Origin: Methanonatronarchaeales archaeon
Lineage (GTDB): Archaea; Halobacteriota; Methanonatronarchaeia; JAANXF01
Length of the DNA stretch: 64,000 nt
Assembly (NCBI GenBank): GCA_018263395.1
Contig: JAANXF010000016.1
Coordinates: 3,485-67,484 of the forward strand
Direction: 5' to 3'
In this document: piece by piece, positions 40,651-49,058 of the stretch
How positions within the stretch are numbered: position 1 is the stretch's first letter
How the letters are laid out: every line of letters begins with the position of its first letter
Position numbers and translations under genes: made by a program
The notes under the pieces: model-generated
Seen by the model: only the letters and a program-made list of their open reading frames with translations
Databases searched by the model: none
Told to the model about the DNA's origin: nothing

Positions 40651-41346
40651 ATGGAGCCCCTCTACTCCGGCAAGGCCAAGAGCATGTACGAGACCGACGA
40701 CCCATCGGTCCTCAGGATGGTTTTCAGGGACGACGTCACCGCGTTCGACGCAGAGAAGGTCGACAGGATAGAGGGGAAGGGGCGGTACAACGCCGAAATA
40801 TGTGCATCCGTGTTCGAGTACCTGGAGGGGAACGGTGTGGAGACACACTTCTTGGAGAGGACGGGCGACGCCGAGATGCTCGTGGAGCGCCTGGACATCT
40901 ACGCCCTCGAGGTGATTCCGCGAAACATCGCGACCGGCTCACTGGTCAGGAAGTACCCGTTCGAGGAGGGGCAGGAGCTGGACCCGCCGGTCGTGGTGAT
41001 GGACCTCAAGAGCGACGAGTACGGCGACCCGATGCTCAACGACGACATAGTCCGGGCACTCGGAATCGCAGGACCCGGCGAGCTGGAGGAGATACGGGAT
41101 GAGGCACTGAGGGTGAACAACCTCCTGCTCGAGATGGTGGATGAGAGGGGCCTCCTGCTGCCCGACTTCAAGCTCGAGTTCGGAAAGAGGACGGACGGGG
41201 AGATCGTACTCGGGGACGAAGTCAGCCCGGACACCTGCAGGTTCTGGACCGAGGGTGGACGCTCCCTGGACAAGGACGTCTTCCGGTTCGACAGGGGCGA
41301 CCTCGCGGAGGCCTACGCGGAGGCCGCCGAGAGGATACTGGCATGA
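40651..41346 (+). CDS. purC: SAICAR synthetase
   Basis: MEPLYSGKAKSMYETDD...; it covers the PurC length and motifs. Confidence 0.9.
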   Translation: MEPLYSGKAKSMYETDDPSVLRMVFRDDVTAFDAEKVDRIEGKGRYNAEICASVFEYLEGNGVETHFLERTGDAEMLVERLDIYALEVIPRNIATGSLVRKYPFEEGQELDPPVVVMDLKSDEYGDPMLNDDIVRALGIAGPGELEEIRDEALRVNNLLLEMVDERGLLLPDFKLEFGKRTDGEIVLGDEVSPDTCRFWTEGGRSLDKDVFRFDRGDLAEAYAEAAERILA

Positions 41347-41582
41347 GGGCGAGGGTCCTCGTGGAGCTCAAGCCGGGAATGCTGGACCCGGAGGGGGCCA
41401 CCGTGAAGAGGGCGCTGAAAAATCTGGGCTTCTCGGAGGTGGAGGACGTACACGTCGGAAAGGTGGTGGAGCTCGAACTCGACTCTGAGGACGAGGAGGC
41501 GGCCAGGGAGCGGGTGAAGGAGATGTGCGGCAGACTGCTGGCCAACCCGGTCATACACAGCTACGAGATAGAAATCGGATGA
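41343..41582 (+). CDS. purS: FGAM synthase PurS subunit
   Basis: A 79-aa PurS-like protein. Its start overlaps the purC stop (ATGA). Confidence 0.85.
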   Translation: MRARVLVELKPGMLDPEGATVKRALKNLGFSEVEDVHVGKVVELELDSEDEEAARERVKEMCGRLLANPVIHSYEIEIG

Positions 41583-42256
41583 TAGCCGTTCTGCAGTTCC
41601 CGGGGTCAAACTGCGACCGAGACGTGCAGCACGTCCTTGGTGACGTGCTGGGAGCCGAGTCGGAACTTGTCTGGTGGAAGGACTTCGACTCGTCGAGGTA
41701 CGGCGGCCTCGTGGTGCCGGGCGGGTTCTCCTACGGCGACTACCTCCGGGCCGGTGCCATAGCCGCCAGGACCGACGCCGCCTCGAGGATAGGAGGCATG
41801 GTCGAGGAGGAGAGGCCGGTTCTCGGAATCTGCAACGGATTCCAGGTCCTAGTCGAGACCGGCCTGCTGCAGGGCGCGCTCATGACGAACAGGTACCCGA
41901 AGTTCGTCTGCCGCGACGTACACCTGCGCGTCGAGAGCACGGACTCGCCCTTCACGTCGCACTACGAGGAGGGCGAGGTCCTGAAGGTCCCCATCGCGCA
42001 CAGGGAGGGCAACTACCGTCCTCCCGAGACCGGGGTGCGCGAGGGCGAGGTGGCCCTGAGGTACTGCGGCCCCGATGGCGGGGTGTCGGATGAGCACAAC
42101 CCAAACGGCTCCTTCCAGTCCATAGCCGGCGTGACGGACGGAGGAAACGTCCTGGGGCTAATGCCCCACCCGGAGAGGGCATCGGAGGGGATCCTGGGAA
42201 GCGACGACGGCCTGAGGATGATGAGGGGGCTATCCGAGGCCGCCGACTCCATCTGA
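41579..42256 (+). CDS. purQ: FGAM synthase glutaminase subunit
   Basis: MIAVLQFPGSNCDRD...GICNGFQ...HPE gives the triad-glutaminase motifs. The ATG at 41579 overlaps the purS stop. Confidence 0.85.
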   Translation: MIAVLQFPGSNCDRDVQHVLGDVLGAESELVWWKDFDSSRYGGLVVPGGFSYGDYLRAGAIAARTDAASRIGGMVEEERPVLGICNGFQVLVETGLLQGALMTNRYPKFVCRDVHLRVESTDSPFTSHYEEGEVLKVPIAHREGNYRPPETGVREGEVALRYCGPDGGVSDEHNPNGSFQSIAGVTDGGNVLGLMPHPERASEGILGSDDGLRMMRGLSEAADSI

Positions 42257-42308
42257 GGTCGTGACGCTCTTCAGTTAAGGACACTCGGGTACAGATAGGA
42301 GTGGGGAG

Positions 42309-42419
42309 ATGGTCGGCGACGAGCTACGGACAGTGAACTGCCCAAGAGACGGCTCGCAGAAGACGGTTCACGGCTGCGAGGGATGCGACCGTCTGAAGGG
42401 CTGCTGGACGAGGGACTGA
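42309..42419 (+). CDS. Candidate 36-aa zinc-ribbon mini-protein
   Basis: A GGAGTGGGG RBS-like sequence, then ATG; MVGDELRTVNCPRDGSQKTVHGCEGCDRLKGCWTRD* with four Cys. It is below the track's cut-off. Confidence 0.25.
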   Translation: MVGDELRTVNCPRDGSQKTVHGCEGCDRLKGCWTRD

Positions 42420-42741
42420 CCACGAGTCTCACCGGGCTCCGTCCTCTACAGCCGCTACCTCGCTGCCTACAGGTCGCCGTACAGCTCGCCATTCAGTGCG
42501 CGGAGCGCCTTCAGCACCCTCCAGTGGTCCTCCACGAGCACCTCGACGGCCCGCCTCCTCATCGAACTCCCCGTCGCGTCGAAAAAACCTCACCGGGAAC
42601 GGTCGAACAGTCGTCGTGTTCATCCCTCACGCCCGCGGTGCAGCCCGTCTCTGTCCCCCGTCCCTACCCACCGAGGGTGCTCCGGGTGACGGTCCCGATG
42701 GGATGGTGGTGCTTACGCAATCCTGAGCGGTTAGGCGACCT

Positions 42742-44154
42742 TCAATCGCGGCCGACCATCTCACCGGGCACCTCCAGCCCGTACGGAAACTCCAGGTAAG
42801 CGACCTGATCGAAGTCGCTCTCCTCGATTAACCTGTCCACGGCGTCCTGCGTAACCCCCAGTGTCTCGGGGTCCGGCTTCCCGGGTACGACGCTCTGGCC
42901 GCAGGGATAGGTTTCGGACAGCTCGGAGGGGTAGGCGAACGGGGGCTTTACCTTCACGACGTCGAAATCGTCCTCGAAACGGGAGGTGTCGGCGTCGTGG
43001 GGCGCGAAAAGTACCCTGGGCCCTATCTCGACCCTCGCCAGCCTCCTGTTGTGCCTCGCGACCTCGGGCCTCCTCGACGTCTCGCCGCCCGTGTACAGCA
43101 CGCCCTTGCGCTTCACCGCGGGGTCCCTCGCCTCCACCCAGTCCACGTGCTCGAAGTAGCGGCGCCACCCCGCTAGCAGGTGAGGGTGCGACCTCGCGCG
43201 CTGAGCCACGAGCTCCGCGAGCCTGCCCTCGCGGACGTGTTGCTTGACGTTGCGCAGCTCCTCGAAGGTGACGTGCAGGTTGTGCCTCGCCAGGGCCTCC
43301 TCGTCCATTTCCTCCACGTCGCGCCGGGAGCACTCCGGACAGCTGCAGGGCAGGTACGCCATCTCCTCCAGGAACTTGGTGCCCTCGACTGTCAGGTAGC
43401 GTCCTTTCCTCGCGAACAGGGCGTAGGCCGCAGAGTCGAACAGGTCTCCGCCCATGGAGACGGCGAGGGCGAAGGAGGCCGGGTGTCCCGCGCCGAAGAG
43501 GTGCACAGGCGCCGAGTCGGGAAGCCCCCGCTTCGACGCCACGACGCAATCGACCAGCTCCGGGTACTCGTACCGCTCCATCAGCGGCACGATGGCGCCC
43601 ACACAGAAGTACCCCGCCCCGGTGGACGCGGCGTCCCTCGCAGCACGTTCCCGCAGGTCGGGGTGGGTAGAGCCCTGGACGGGCGCCACTGCCCGTTCCC
43701 CGACGAGGTCGACGGCCTCCTCGATGCGTCTCTGCGTCACCTCGAGGTCCGCCTCGGCCCTGGCCCTCCCGGAACCCGGCGCGGTCGGTACGTCCAGCGG
43801 GGTCACGAGGTCGCTTCCCACGGCGTCCTGGAACTCCACTATCTCGCGGGACGAGACCTCCACGTCGCCGTAGACGCTCAGCTGGAAGCTCCCGGAATCC
43901 GTCATTAGTGGCCCAGGGAAGTCGACCACTGAGCGGAGGCCGCCGTCCAGCGCCCTATCCCTCAACTCCCCCCTGTAGAGGATGTACGCGTTGGTGATGG
44001 CTATCTCGGCGCCGAAGTCCGGAAGCTCGGACGGCTCCACCGTCCGCAGGTTCGGGTTGACGACCGGCATAATCGTGGGGGTCTCGACGGTCCACTCGCC
44101 GACCCGGAGCCTGCCTATCCTTCCCGCCAGGTCCTTGTCCCTTACCTCGAACAC
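42742..44154 (-). CDS. tgtA: Archaeosine tRNA-guanine transglycosylase (TGT family)
   Basis: GTG start. VFEVRDKDLAGRIGRLRV...TPTIMPVVNP..., the zinc site CSCPECSRR, and the TGT catalytic Asp regions. 470 aa. Confidence 0.85.
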   Translation of the reverse strand: MFEVRDKDLAGRIGRLRVGEWTVETPTIMPVVNPNLRTVEPSELPDFGAEIAITNAYILYRGELRDRALDGGLRSVVDFPGPLMTDSGSFQLSVYGDVEVSSREIVEFQDAVGSDLVTPLDVPTAPGSGRARAEADLEVTQRRIEEAVDLVGERAVAPVQGSTHPDLRERAARDAASTGAGYFCVGAIVPLMERYEYPELVDCVVASKRGLPDSAPVHLFGAGHPASFALAVSMGGDLFDSAAYALFARKGRYLTVEGTKFLEEMAYLPCSCPECSRRDVEEMDEEALARHNLHVTFEELRNVKQHVREGRLAELVAQRARSHPHLLAGWRRYFEHVDWVEARDPAVKRKGVLYTGGETSRRPEVARHNRRLARVEIGPRVLFAPHDADTSRFEDDFDVVKVKPPFAYPSELSETYPCGQSVVPGKPDPETLGVTQDAVDRLIEESDFDQVAYLEFPYGLEVPGEMVGRD

Positions 44155-44174
44155 TTCCCGGTAATCCGCCCGAC

Positions 44175-44625
44175 GCCGAATTAAGCTGGTGGCGCGGGTG
44201 GATGACGTTTCAAGCCGGGATTAGATCTGTCCACGTGCGGGTCGCGGGATACGAACCGCTGAACCCCCTCGCCGACCGTTCCGCCGGGCCCCGTGGACGT
44301 CCGTCTCGAGGGGCGACTGCGGCTGCTCCGGGGAAAGCGGAGGTAGGAGCGGAGGTGCAGGTCCCGGGGACGGAGGCGCCCAGGCGGGAGCGCGGCGCAC
44401 CGTGGAGGGGGCCCCTCCCGCGTGGAGCACGTCCCTAGAACCCCCGCGCCGCCTGCCGGGAACGTGCCCGAAGCAGGTAGGGTACCGATACAGGGGTTGA
44501 AGCTCAGGGATCGGGAGTCGAGGGGCGCTTACTCGTTGTGGAGAGCATTGGCGGTACCTGCTGCGCGGACCTCAGGGACCCGGCAGGTTTCGACCTAGAA
44601 GGCGGGGTCGACCAGTCCGGCGCTC
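44175..44625 (-). ncRNA. rnpB: Candidate RNase P RNA (ends approximate)
   Basis: On the minus strand: a P3-like hairpin CGACC...GGUCG; a CR-I-like GAAACCUGCCGGGUCCCUGAGG (compare GGAAAGUCCGGGCUCCAUAGG); a CR-V-like GUGGACAGAUCUAAUCCCGGCUUGAAACGUCAUCCACC (compare ACAGAACCCGGCUUA); and a terminal helix CGCCGGACUGGU / ACCAG..CGGCG. The region is 480 bp with no plausible ORF in an otherwise compact genome. Confidence 0.45.
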
Positions 44626-44636
44626 CCCCCGGTGCT

Positions 44637-45221
44637 TCAACCGGTACGCTCCCCTGCAACCTCTCCGGAGACCTCGCCCGTGCCCTCGGGAGCCTCGACG
44701 ACCCTGTACTCCCTCTCGGCGCGGGAACCCCTTCGCTCGAGGAATCCGTCGCGGTACATCCTCGATAGGTACGTGCTAACCGTGGAGAGCCCCATCTCCT
44801 CTCCGTAGGTGGCCGAGTATGCTCGCTGTGCCTCGCGGGAGCTGAACCAGCGCCCGGAGTAGTCGAATTTGAGGAACAGCTTCAGCCTCTCCTTCAGTGT
44901 CAGGTCCTCGTCCGGCTCCTGGAAGCTGGAGAGGCCGCTGCTGCTCCTTTCTGACCGTTTTGTCGGCTGCGGTTCGGAGGAAACTCCGAGGGCCTCCATG
45001 AACTGGACGGCTCTCTCCCTACAGAGGCCGCCCTCGAACCTCATCGAGGTCCGGTTCTGCCCCTCGTCGATTTCCACTCTTATTCTGCGTTTTTGGGCCG
45101 AGGAGAGCTGGAGGGCACGCAGGAATTGGGCTGCCCTCTCCCTACAGAGGTCGCCCTCGAACGACGTGGAGCTCCTGTTTTTGCCCTCTTCCATCTCCAC
45201 CTCTACCCTCATGGCCCTCAC
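44637..45221 (-). CDS. Putative regulator: tandemly duplicated about 40-aa N-terminal module plus C-terminal winged helix
   Basis: MRVEVEMEEGKNRSSTSFEGDLCRERAAQFLRAL and RIRVEIDEGQNRTSMRFEGGLCRERAVQFMEAL are internal repeats, and the duplication is also visible at the DNA level. The C-terminus LSTVSTYLSRMYRDGFLERRG...EYRVV is wHTH-like. Confidence 0.5.
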   Translation of the reverse strand: MRAMRVEVEMEEGKNRSSTSFEGDLCRERAAQFLRALQLSSAQKRRIRVEIDEGQNRTSMRFEGGLCRERAVQFMEALGVSSEPQPTKRSERSSSGLSSFQEPDEDLTLKERLKLFLKFDYSGRWFSSREAQRAYSATYGEEMGLSTVSTYLSRMYRDGFLERRGSRAEREYRVVEAPEGTGEVSGEVAGERTG

Positions 45222-45627
45222 CTGGCGGCACCCGCGCCCTGACGGGCGCAGCTCGCCCGCAGCCTCGCGGCCCCGGGCTCACCCATCCCCTCCAAAGAAC
45301 GGGTGAACACAACCTCCCGGTTGTGAACGAGTGAAGAGTAATTCATAACCGTATATAAAGTTTTCTAAGGAAACGAGGGTTGTAAGCAGTTTTTAGGTCA
45401 ATAAGCAGTTTAAAACGGTTTAATGGGGATTAAACTATTCTCTCCACTGCTTTAAGCTATTTCACAGTTTCACAAACTTGGTTGGATGTGAAACCTTCTG
45501 AGATGGATTGGAGTGTTTCTCCACCTGAAGCGAGGGGGTAGCGTTTTTGGGCCTTAACACAGTCTTAAGCTACCGGATAGGGCTATAACCCACTAAGAGG
45601 GCGTGTCGTATCGTTCGAGGTCCCGGG

Positions 45628-46056
45628 TCACGCACCGCGCCGGACCGTCGCGGAGGCCATCTCAACGAGTTCTACGTAGAGCTCCTCGGGGAACGACAGC
45701 CCGCTCGGGGGCTCGTCGAACCACCCCACGTCTTCCATCGCGGACCCGGGAACGGGCGTACCGGAGAGCCGGCAGGCCAGAGCAGTCCCCTCGACGGAGC
45801 CGTCGTCGAACACGTCCCTCATCCGGGCGACACTGACGAACTCTCCGCCGGAAAGACCGGCCTCCTCCCCCACCTCACGCGCGGCGGCCTCCGCCTCGTC
45901 CTCGCTCCTCTCGACCTTGCCGCCGGGAAACTCCCACCCCCTGCCCGGGTGCTTCACGTAGAGCGCGCTTCCGCCGTTCAGGCAAACGGCCACCACGAAG
46001 CGGAAGTTTCCCGGGCAGACCCCGTCGAGCTCCGTCTCTATGAGGGGCAGACTCAT
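45628..46056 (-). CDS. Nudix hydrolase
   Basis: The Nudix box GGKVERSEDEAEAAAREVGEEAGL. The ATG at 46056 overlaps the zinc-ribbon gene stop; the track start adds a G/R-rich extension. Confidence 0.75.
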   Translation of the reverse strand: MSLPLIETELDGVCPGNFRFVVAVCLNGGSALYVKHPGRGWEFPGGKVERSEDEAEAAAREVGEEAGLSGGEFVSVARMRDVFDDGSVEGTALACRLSGTPVPGSAMEDVGWFDEPPSGLSFPEELYVELVEMASATVRRGA

Positions 46057-46262
46057 CCGTACCTGCGAAAGTGGGCCTTCCCCATCTCCTCCTCCTGCAA
46101 AGCCCGCACCAACGCCCGCGCCTCCCGGTGGCTCTCGGCTTCGGCAACGGCCACGGCGCCGGAGACCTCCACCCGCGTCCCGCAGGGGCACTCCCTGGTC
46201 TCGACGCCCCCCTCCTGGTACAGGAACCTGCCGCAGTCGGTGCACCTGAATACCACGAACAT
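46053..46262 (-). CDS. Small zinc-ribbon protein (69 aa)
   Basis: MFVVFRCTDCGRFLYQEGGVETRECPCGTRVEV gives a CxxC...CxC ribbon. Its start overlaps the polB stop (ATGA). Confidence 0.5.
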   Translation of the reverse strand: MFVVFRCTDCGRFLYQEGGVETRECPCGTRVEVSGAVAVAEAESHREARALVRALQEEEMGKAHFRRYG

Positions 46263-48769
46263 CAGAACGCCTCGAAAGTCGCCTGCCTCGGCTGCCCCAT
46301 GAGGTACCCGTCGGAGAACCCGAAGTGGTTCAGTATCCGCGACGCCGCGGGCACCACCTGCTTCTCGACGTAGTATCCCACGTCCAGCTCGTACTTCCTG
46401 GAGTCACAGGCCTCTCCCTCAGGACCCGTTCGAGCACCGCTTCCAGAGGAACCGGCGCGGTTCACAGCTTTCCTCCGGAAAGACTGTTCAAGCACTCGCT
46501 TCTTCGAAGCGGTACGGTCCGTCACGAGGTGACCGTCCACGTACTCCTCAAACATCTCGACGGGGTACGACCTGTCCGACAGCCTTCCGCCCCCCCTTAT
46601 GACCACGAACTCCACCTTCTCGCCCGGACTGACGTCCCGGCCCCACGCAGCGAGCCTCTTCGCGGCCTCGACGTGAGCCTGCACGGACTTGTAGCGCCCG
46701 AATCCCTTCGTCAGGGTCTTGCGTATCACGAGCTTCTCGAGATCCACGTTCCCAGCCCTGAGGTCCTCCACCGTCCCACGGACGAGTTCGGCCGCACCCT
46801 CGGGGTCCCTCCCCTCCAGCAGCATGTGGAGGACCCTGGATTGGATCTCCTTGGCCAGGTCGCACCAGTCACCCCTCTGCACCTCCAGGCCCTTCACGTC
46901 CATCCTGCCGTCCCGGGTCACTCCGGCGTAGCGCTTCTTCACACCCGTGAAAAAGATGGTCTCGTAGAATGCCTCCACCTCGAGCTCCAGGGGAAGCATC
47001 TCCGTCAGGTCGGAGGCGAACGCCTCCGCCTCGCCGTCCGAGACCCCCTTCAGGAACAGACTGTCGGTGTCGCCGTAGAGCACCTCGTAGCCCCGTTCCT
47101 CCGCCTCCTCCACGGCCTCCTGAATCAGGTGGCGCCCCCACGCCGCGGTCGCCTCCGCGCACTCCTGCCTGTACCAGGCGGCCGCCGGCCAACCGGTGTA
47201 CCCGTAGAACGAGTTCGCCAGCACCTTGAGGGTCCGCTGCCTCAGGTCCGTCAGGCGGGCCTCGCCCCGGAGCTGCTCACCGTCGCGCTCGCCCCCACGG
47301 AGAACGGCGTCCCTCTGCGCCTTCGCCCTCCTTCGCTCCTCGATCAGCTCCACCAGCACCCTCTTGAAGAACCCGTCGGGCTCCCTCCTGAACCGGTGCT
47401 CCACCTCGGGGGCCTGGAAGAACTCCTCTTCCTCCAGCTCGCGGGCCTCTTTCCCCTCGACCAGTGTGTCCGGAGAGATGTTGTAAGCTATCATTATGGA
47501 GGGGTACATGGAGGAGAAGTCGAGGCAGACCACGTCGTCGTGCAGGCCCTTCTTCGGCTCCAGGACGAGTCCGCCCGCGTAGCTATCCTCGCTCGGGGAG
47601 GGCTCCGGCACGACCTCACCCGCTTCGTGCGCCTCCGAGACCAGGAACCACTCCACCTGGCGGCCCCTCCCCATCTTGGAGACGTCGTCGGGGAACCTGT
47701 GGACGAGCCGCGACAGCTGGAGCTGGAGCGGAAGGAGCTCCGTGGCGATGCCGAAGGTCGATTCCGCGTCGTGCTCCGCGTACCTGAGGAGCTCACCCCG
47801 CCTCCCGTCGTCCTCCCAGTACGACCTGACGTCGAGGGAGTCGATGGAGGCCCTGTCCACCCGGTCCACCACGCCGAGGTGCTCCGCGACGTCCTCCAGC
47901 GACTTGGTCCTTAGCCCACCTACGTCGCGCTCGGCCACCCGGTAGAGGTCAACGTTGAGCCTTCCCCTGACGTCCACGTTTCCCCTGGCCCCGTCCCTGA
48001 ACACCGGCGTGGAGCCGTCCCGCCCCACGTCGAGGTCGACGTCGTGGACCTCGGCCCTGTCGCGCAGGTAGGGCCAGTCGAAATCGTCCCCGTTGTACGT
48101 AACCACCACGTCTGGGTCCACGCCGTCGAGGAACTCCAGAAACGACTGAATCATCCCGTCCTCTCCTTCCTCCGCGGTGAAGAGCTCGGTCCCTTCGGCG
48201 GTGGCGGCGGAGATCACGACTACCTCGTCCTTCCCGGGGTCCGGTGCCGAGCCGTCGCTAAGCATCTCGCAGTCGAAAGCCAGCACGGAGAGCTCCGGAA
48301 GCTCCTCGGTCTCCAGGGCCTCCGAATCGGAGAGGAAGAACTCTCCGCCGCGCTCCTCGACGTCGAAAGAGTGGAGCCCGACCGGCACGAGCCCCCGGTC
48401 GATGACGTACCGAATCGCGAACGGGACGTGTGCCTCCCTGACGCCCTCCACGGAGTCCAGCGCCCTGGCCCTGCCCCGTAGCTCCGGCACGTCCTGCGGG
48501 TGGTGCACTACGGCCCTGACCATCTCGACGGGGCTCCCCAGGAGCTTTCTCTCCACACCCTCGAGGCCCCGGAGGTCCAGCGCCTCCAGCGCCTCCACAG
48601 CGTCCTCCACGCCCCCCGAAAGGAGGCAGTAGAAGTAGGGCTCAAAGGAGTCGTCGAAAACCCTGACGACCCCGCTCTCCGTTTTAACCCAGAGGCGAAT
48701 CACGGCCCTGCCGCCCCGCGTCACGTAGTCGGCGTCCAGCAGCCAGCCCCTCACCTCGTCACCGCTCAT
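46262..48769 (-). CDS. polB: DNA polymerase, family B
   Basis: Exo motifs FDCEM and YNGDDFDWPYL, then the polymerase motifs ...SFYGY... and YGDTDS. 835 aa, with no intein-like insertion apparent. Confidence 0.9.
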   Translation of the reverse strand: MSGDEVRGWLLDADYVTRGGRAVIRLWVKTESGVVRVFDDSFEPYFYCLLSGGVEDAVEALEALDLRGLEGVERKLLGSPVEMVRAVVHHPQDVPELRGRARALDSVEGVREAHVPFAIRYVIDRGLVPVGLHSFDVEERGGEFFLSDSEALETEELPELSVLAFDCEMLSDGSAPDPGKDEVVVISAATAEGTELFTAEEGEDGMIQSFLEFLDGVDPDVVVTYNGDDFDWPYLRDRAEVHDVDLDVGRDGSTPVFRDGARGNVDVRGRLNVDLYRVAERDVGGLRTKSLEDVAEHLGVVDRVDRASIDSLDVRSYWEDDGRRGELLRYAEHDAESTFGIATELLPLQLQLSRLVHRFPDDVSKMGRGRQVEWFLVSEAHEAGEVVPEPSPSEDSYAGGLVLEPKKGLHDDVVCLDFSSMYPSIMIAYNISPDTLVEGKEARELEEEEFFQAPEVEHRFRREPDGFFKRVLVELIEERRRAKAQRDAVLRGGERDGEQLRGEARLTDLRQRTLKVLANSFYGYTGWPAAAWYRQECAEATAAWGRHLIQEAVEEAEERGYEVLYGDTDSLFLKGVSDGEAEAFASDLTEMLPLELEVEAFYETIFFTGVKKRYAGVTRDGRMDVKGLEVQRGDWCDLAKEIQSRVLHMLLEGRDPEGAAELVRGTVEDLRAGNVDLEKLVIRKTLTKGFGRYKSVQAHVEAAKRLAAWGRDVSPGEKVEFVVIRGGGRLSDRSYPVEMFEEYVDGHLVTDRTASKKRVLEQSFRRKAVNRAGSSGSGARTGPEGEACDSRKYELDVGYYVEKQVVPAASRILNHFGFSDGYLMGQPRQATFEAF

Positions 48770-48776
48770 AGCCCAC

Positions 48777-49058
48777 TCATAGCCTCTTCAGGAGCTCCCT
48801 GTAGACCTCTGCCGCGACCTCGCTGGAGTCGGTGTGGTCGCTGCGTACCCCGTACAGCTCCGCCAGCTCCTCGACGTCGCATCGATCCCTGACCTCCCCG
48901 GGGACGTCCACCTCGAGCTCCGCCCTCACCCTCTGCTTTCCGAAGAGGGCGGCGTCGAGCGCCTTCTCCAGGGCCAGGTCCTCACGGAGCCCGTGGTTAA
49001 CTAGGTCGTCCCTGACGTCGGCGACTGCGGCCTCGAACTCCTCCCTATTCATCGACAC
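48777..49058 (-). CDS. Hypothetical acidic protein (93 aa), first gene of the polB cluster
   Basis: An ORF immediately upstream of polB on the same strand, with 8 nt spacing. No domain recognised. Confidence 0.4.
   Translation of the reverse strand: MSMNREEFEAAVADVRDDLVNHGLREDLALEKALDAALFGKQRVRAELEVDVPGEVRDRCDVEELAELYGVRSDHTDSSEVAAEVYRELLKRL

Noticed and set aside
46325-47914. 529-aa plus-strand ORF
   Set aside because: It is entirely antisense to polB, with R/P/L/H-rich low-complexity translation. It is a GC-rich frame artefact.
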